From NCBI GenBank assembly GCA_019056785.1, contig DXJV01000096.1, positions 1-17,043 on the forward strand: a stretch of DNA of 17,043 nt, in the 5' to 3' direction. The translations under genes and the position numbers were made by a program. The stretch is from Candidatus Heimdallarchaeota archaeon (GTDB lineage: Archaea; Asgardarchaeota; Heimdallarchaeia; JABLTI01). Position 1 is the stretch's first letter, and each line of letters opens with the position of its first letter. The notes below the pieces were generated by a model. It saw nothing but the letters and a program-made list of their open reading frames with translations. It made no database searches and had not been told where the DNA came from. This document shows, in pieces, positions 15,545 through 17,043 of this stretch.

Positions 15545-17038
15545 TCACCTTTCGTAGCCAAACATCTCAATGGGAAATTTCTTCCCGGGATTAATGATGC
15601 CATTCGGATCAAATGCTTTCTTAATTTTAAACATGTATTCATAGGCTTCTTGATGTTCTACCTCACCAATCCATGGTGTTTTGAATTCCGAGTCACCAAT
15701 ATAGGTAGCACTTGTTCCTTCCATAGCGATGGCCATTTCACTCATTTCACGAACATATTTGTAAAAGCCTTGAACATTTTCAGGGTCTTTATCATCTACA
15801 AAAACAGCAAAAGAGATGCTGGGACTTAATCGATTAGGCCGTTCATGATAGACACACATGCCTAATATTTGTTGACCGTGTTTCTTAGCAATCTCAAGGT
15901 AGCGTTTATAGGCATCCTCAATACGGCCTATGGGGATCCCGCAATCAACAGCACCAAATTTTTTTTCTCGCTGGGAGTCAGGCCATTTTTGTTTAAAAGG
16001 TGTGAAATTGACCGTATATTTTGAAGCCCACCAGCCATCAGTAATTTCAACTTCTTTGACTACTTGCCCATGGTTTCTCTGGCAAATCTTCAGTGCATAA
16101 TCTCGAGAGAATTTAACTACTTTGTTTTTTTCTTCGGCGCTAGCAAAGGAAATACCCAATAATGCTTCTGCCCAGTCAGGGATCTCAGGTTCATGTCCAT
16201 ATTTTTCTTTATAGGAATGCGTGTAAAATTTCAGTCTTTGTCGGCAATTTATATGGGCCGATTCCAAGGCTAAGCCAGCATGGATGATGTCTCGAATAGC
16301 ATGCATTGCATCTCTCAAAGATGGAAAGACAATCATGTCCACCATACGTGTCTTTTGAACGGGGATGAGTTTTACAGTTGCTTCCACAATCACGCCTAAG
16401 GTTCCCTCAGAACCCACAAGTAACCAATTCAATTGATAACCACTATTGGAACAGAGCGCCTTTCGACGACCCAGCCGGACAATCTTTCCTTCACCAGTGA
16501 CAATTACGGCATTCGTTAAATGATCAACCATTCTTCCATGGCGAATGCCAAAAGTTGAGTCATTATTGCATGCAATTGCAGCACCAACGGTAGAGGCTTT
16601 TTTACTTTCAGGTTCTTGTGGAAAATAAAGCCCATACTGCTTTAAAGCTTGATTGAGGTCCCAAATAGTAATTCCAGTTTGCACTGTGGCAGTCATATTA
16701 TCAACATCGACTTCTAAAATCTTGTTCATACCTTTCGTTTCTAAAATGATCCCACCATATAGCGGAACAGCACCACCACCCATGCCGGTTCCACCTGCAA
16801 AAGGAGTGACAGGAATTCGATGCTTGTTTGCTATCTCAATAATTTTTGCCACTTGTTCTTTTGTTCTGGGACGAGCAACTACATCTGGAAGGTGAATATC
16901 TTTATCTTCTCGAGGCGACCAGTCGCGGGAATAGGCCATACGATGAATCTCTTCTGTAAAAATAACATCCTTCCCCACAGCTGCAGTTAATTCTCCCAAA
17001 ATCTCTGGAGTTACTTTGCCAAACTTCATCCGAGCCAA
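15545..17038 (-). CDS. FAD-binding oxidoreductase (GlcD / D-2-hydroxyacid dehydrogenase / VAO-PCMH family)
   Basis: PDVVARP, GGTGMGGGAVP, MNKILEVD, STVGAAIACN, GSEGTLGVI, IKKAFDPNGIINPGK. The ORF is complete because an in-frame TAG lies at 17041-17039. Start is TTG 17038 or ATG 17029. Confidence 0.92.
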   Translation of the reverse strand: MARMKFGKVTPEILGELTAAVGKDVIFTEEIHRMAYSRDWSPREDKDIHLPDVVARPRTKEQVAKIIEIANKHRIPVTPFAGGTGMGGGAVPLYGGIILETKGMNKILEVDVDNMTATVQTGITIWDLNQALKQYGLYFPQEPESKKASTVGAAIACNNDSTFGIRHGRMVDHLTNAVIVTGEGKIVRLGRRKALCSNSGYQLNWLLVGSEGTLGVIVEATVKLIPVQKTRMVDMIVFPSLRDAMHAIRDIIHAGLALESAHINCRQRLKFYTHSYKEKYGHEPEIPDWAEALLGISFASAEEKNKVVKFSRDYALKICQRNHGQVVKEVEITDGWWASKYTVNFTPFKQKWPDSQREKKFGAVDCGIPIGRIEDAYKRYLEIAKKHGQQILGMCVYHERPNRLSPSISFAVFVDDKDPENVQGFYKYVREMSEMAIAMEGTSATYIGDSEFKTPWIGEVEHQEAYEYMFKIKKAFDPNGIINPGKKFPIEMFGYER

Positions 17039-17043
17039 CTACC

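Noticed and set aside
5687-16895. Other short overlapping ORFs (e.g. 5687-6082, 7261-7527, 7591-7905, 8638-8913, 11822-12133, 15389-15829, 16653-16895)
   Set aside because: All lie largely within confidently assigned genes, on the opposite strand or in another frame, and show no recognisable motifs.
1-17043. tRNA, rRNA, CRISPR, IS/integrase or defence genes
   Set aside because: Intergenic gaps are short and AT-rich with no GC-rich structured segments or repeat arrays, and no ORF shows transposase, integrase or defence motifs.

Overview
AT-rich prokaryotic window with archaeal-style signals: TATA-like TTTAAA boxes about 25 nt before several starts, GAGGTGA/AGGTGA ribosome-binding motifs and oligo-T terminators. 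The gene style (many zinc-ribbon fusions) suggests an Asgard-like archaeon, but this is inference only. From left to right: (1) the 3' part of a sugar-type MFS transporter with an unusual long charged coiled-coil tail, followed by a tandem paralog decayed into a pseudogene with at least 9 lesions; (2) a PadR(+zinc ribbon) / HAAS-domain membrane protein operon, divergent from an internally duplicated 8-TM protein with a Pro/Thr linker and C-terminal zinc ribbon; (3) a feoB - unknown 4-TM gene - feoC-like operon with no feoA, preceded by a near-perfect DtxR-type palindrome; (4) xth and a carbon-nitrogen hydrolase; (5) agmatinase-family, TPR, DUF4190-like and DDAH-family genes; (6) a GlcD-like FAD oxidoreductase and GlcF/HdrD-like Fe-S partner, where the flavoprotein lacks the canonical C-terminal His/Glu motifs. 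I saw no rRNA, tRNA, CRISPR array or mobile element.
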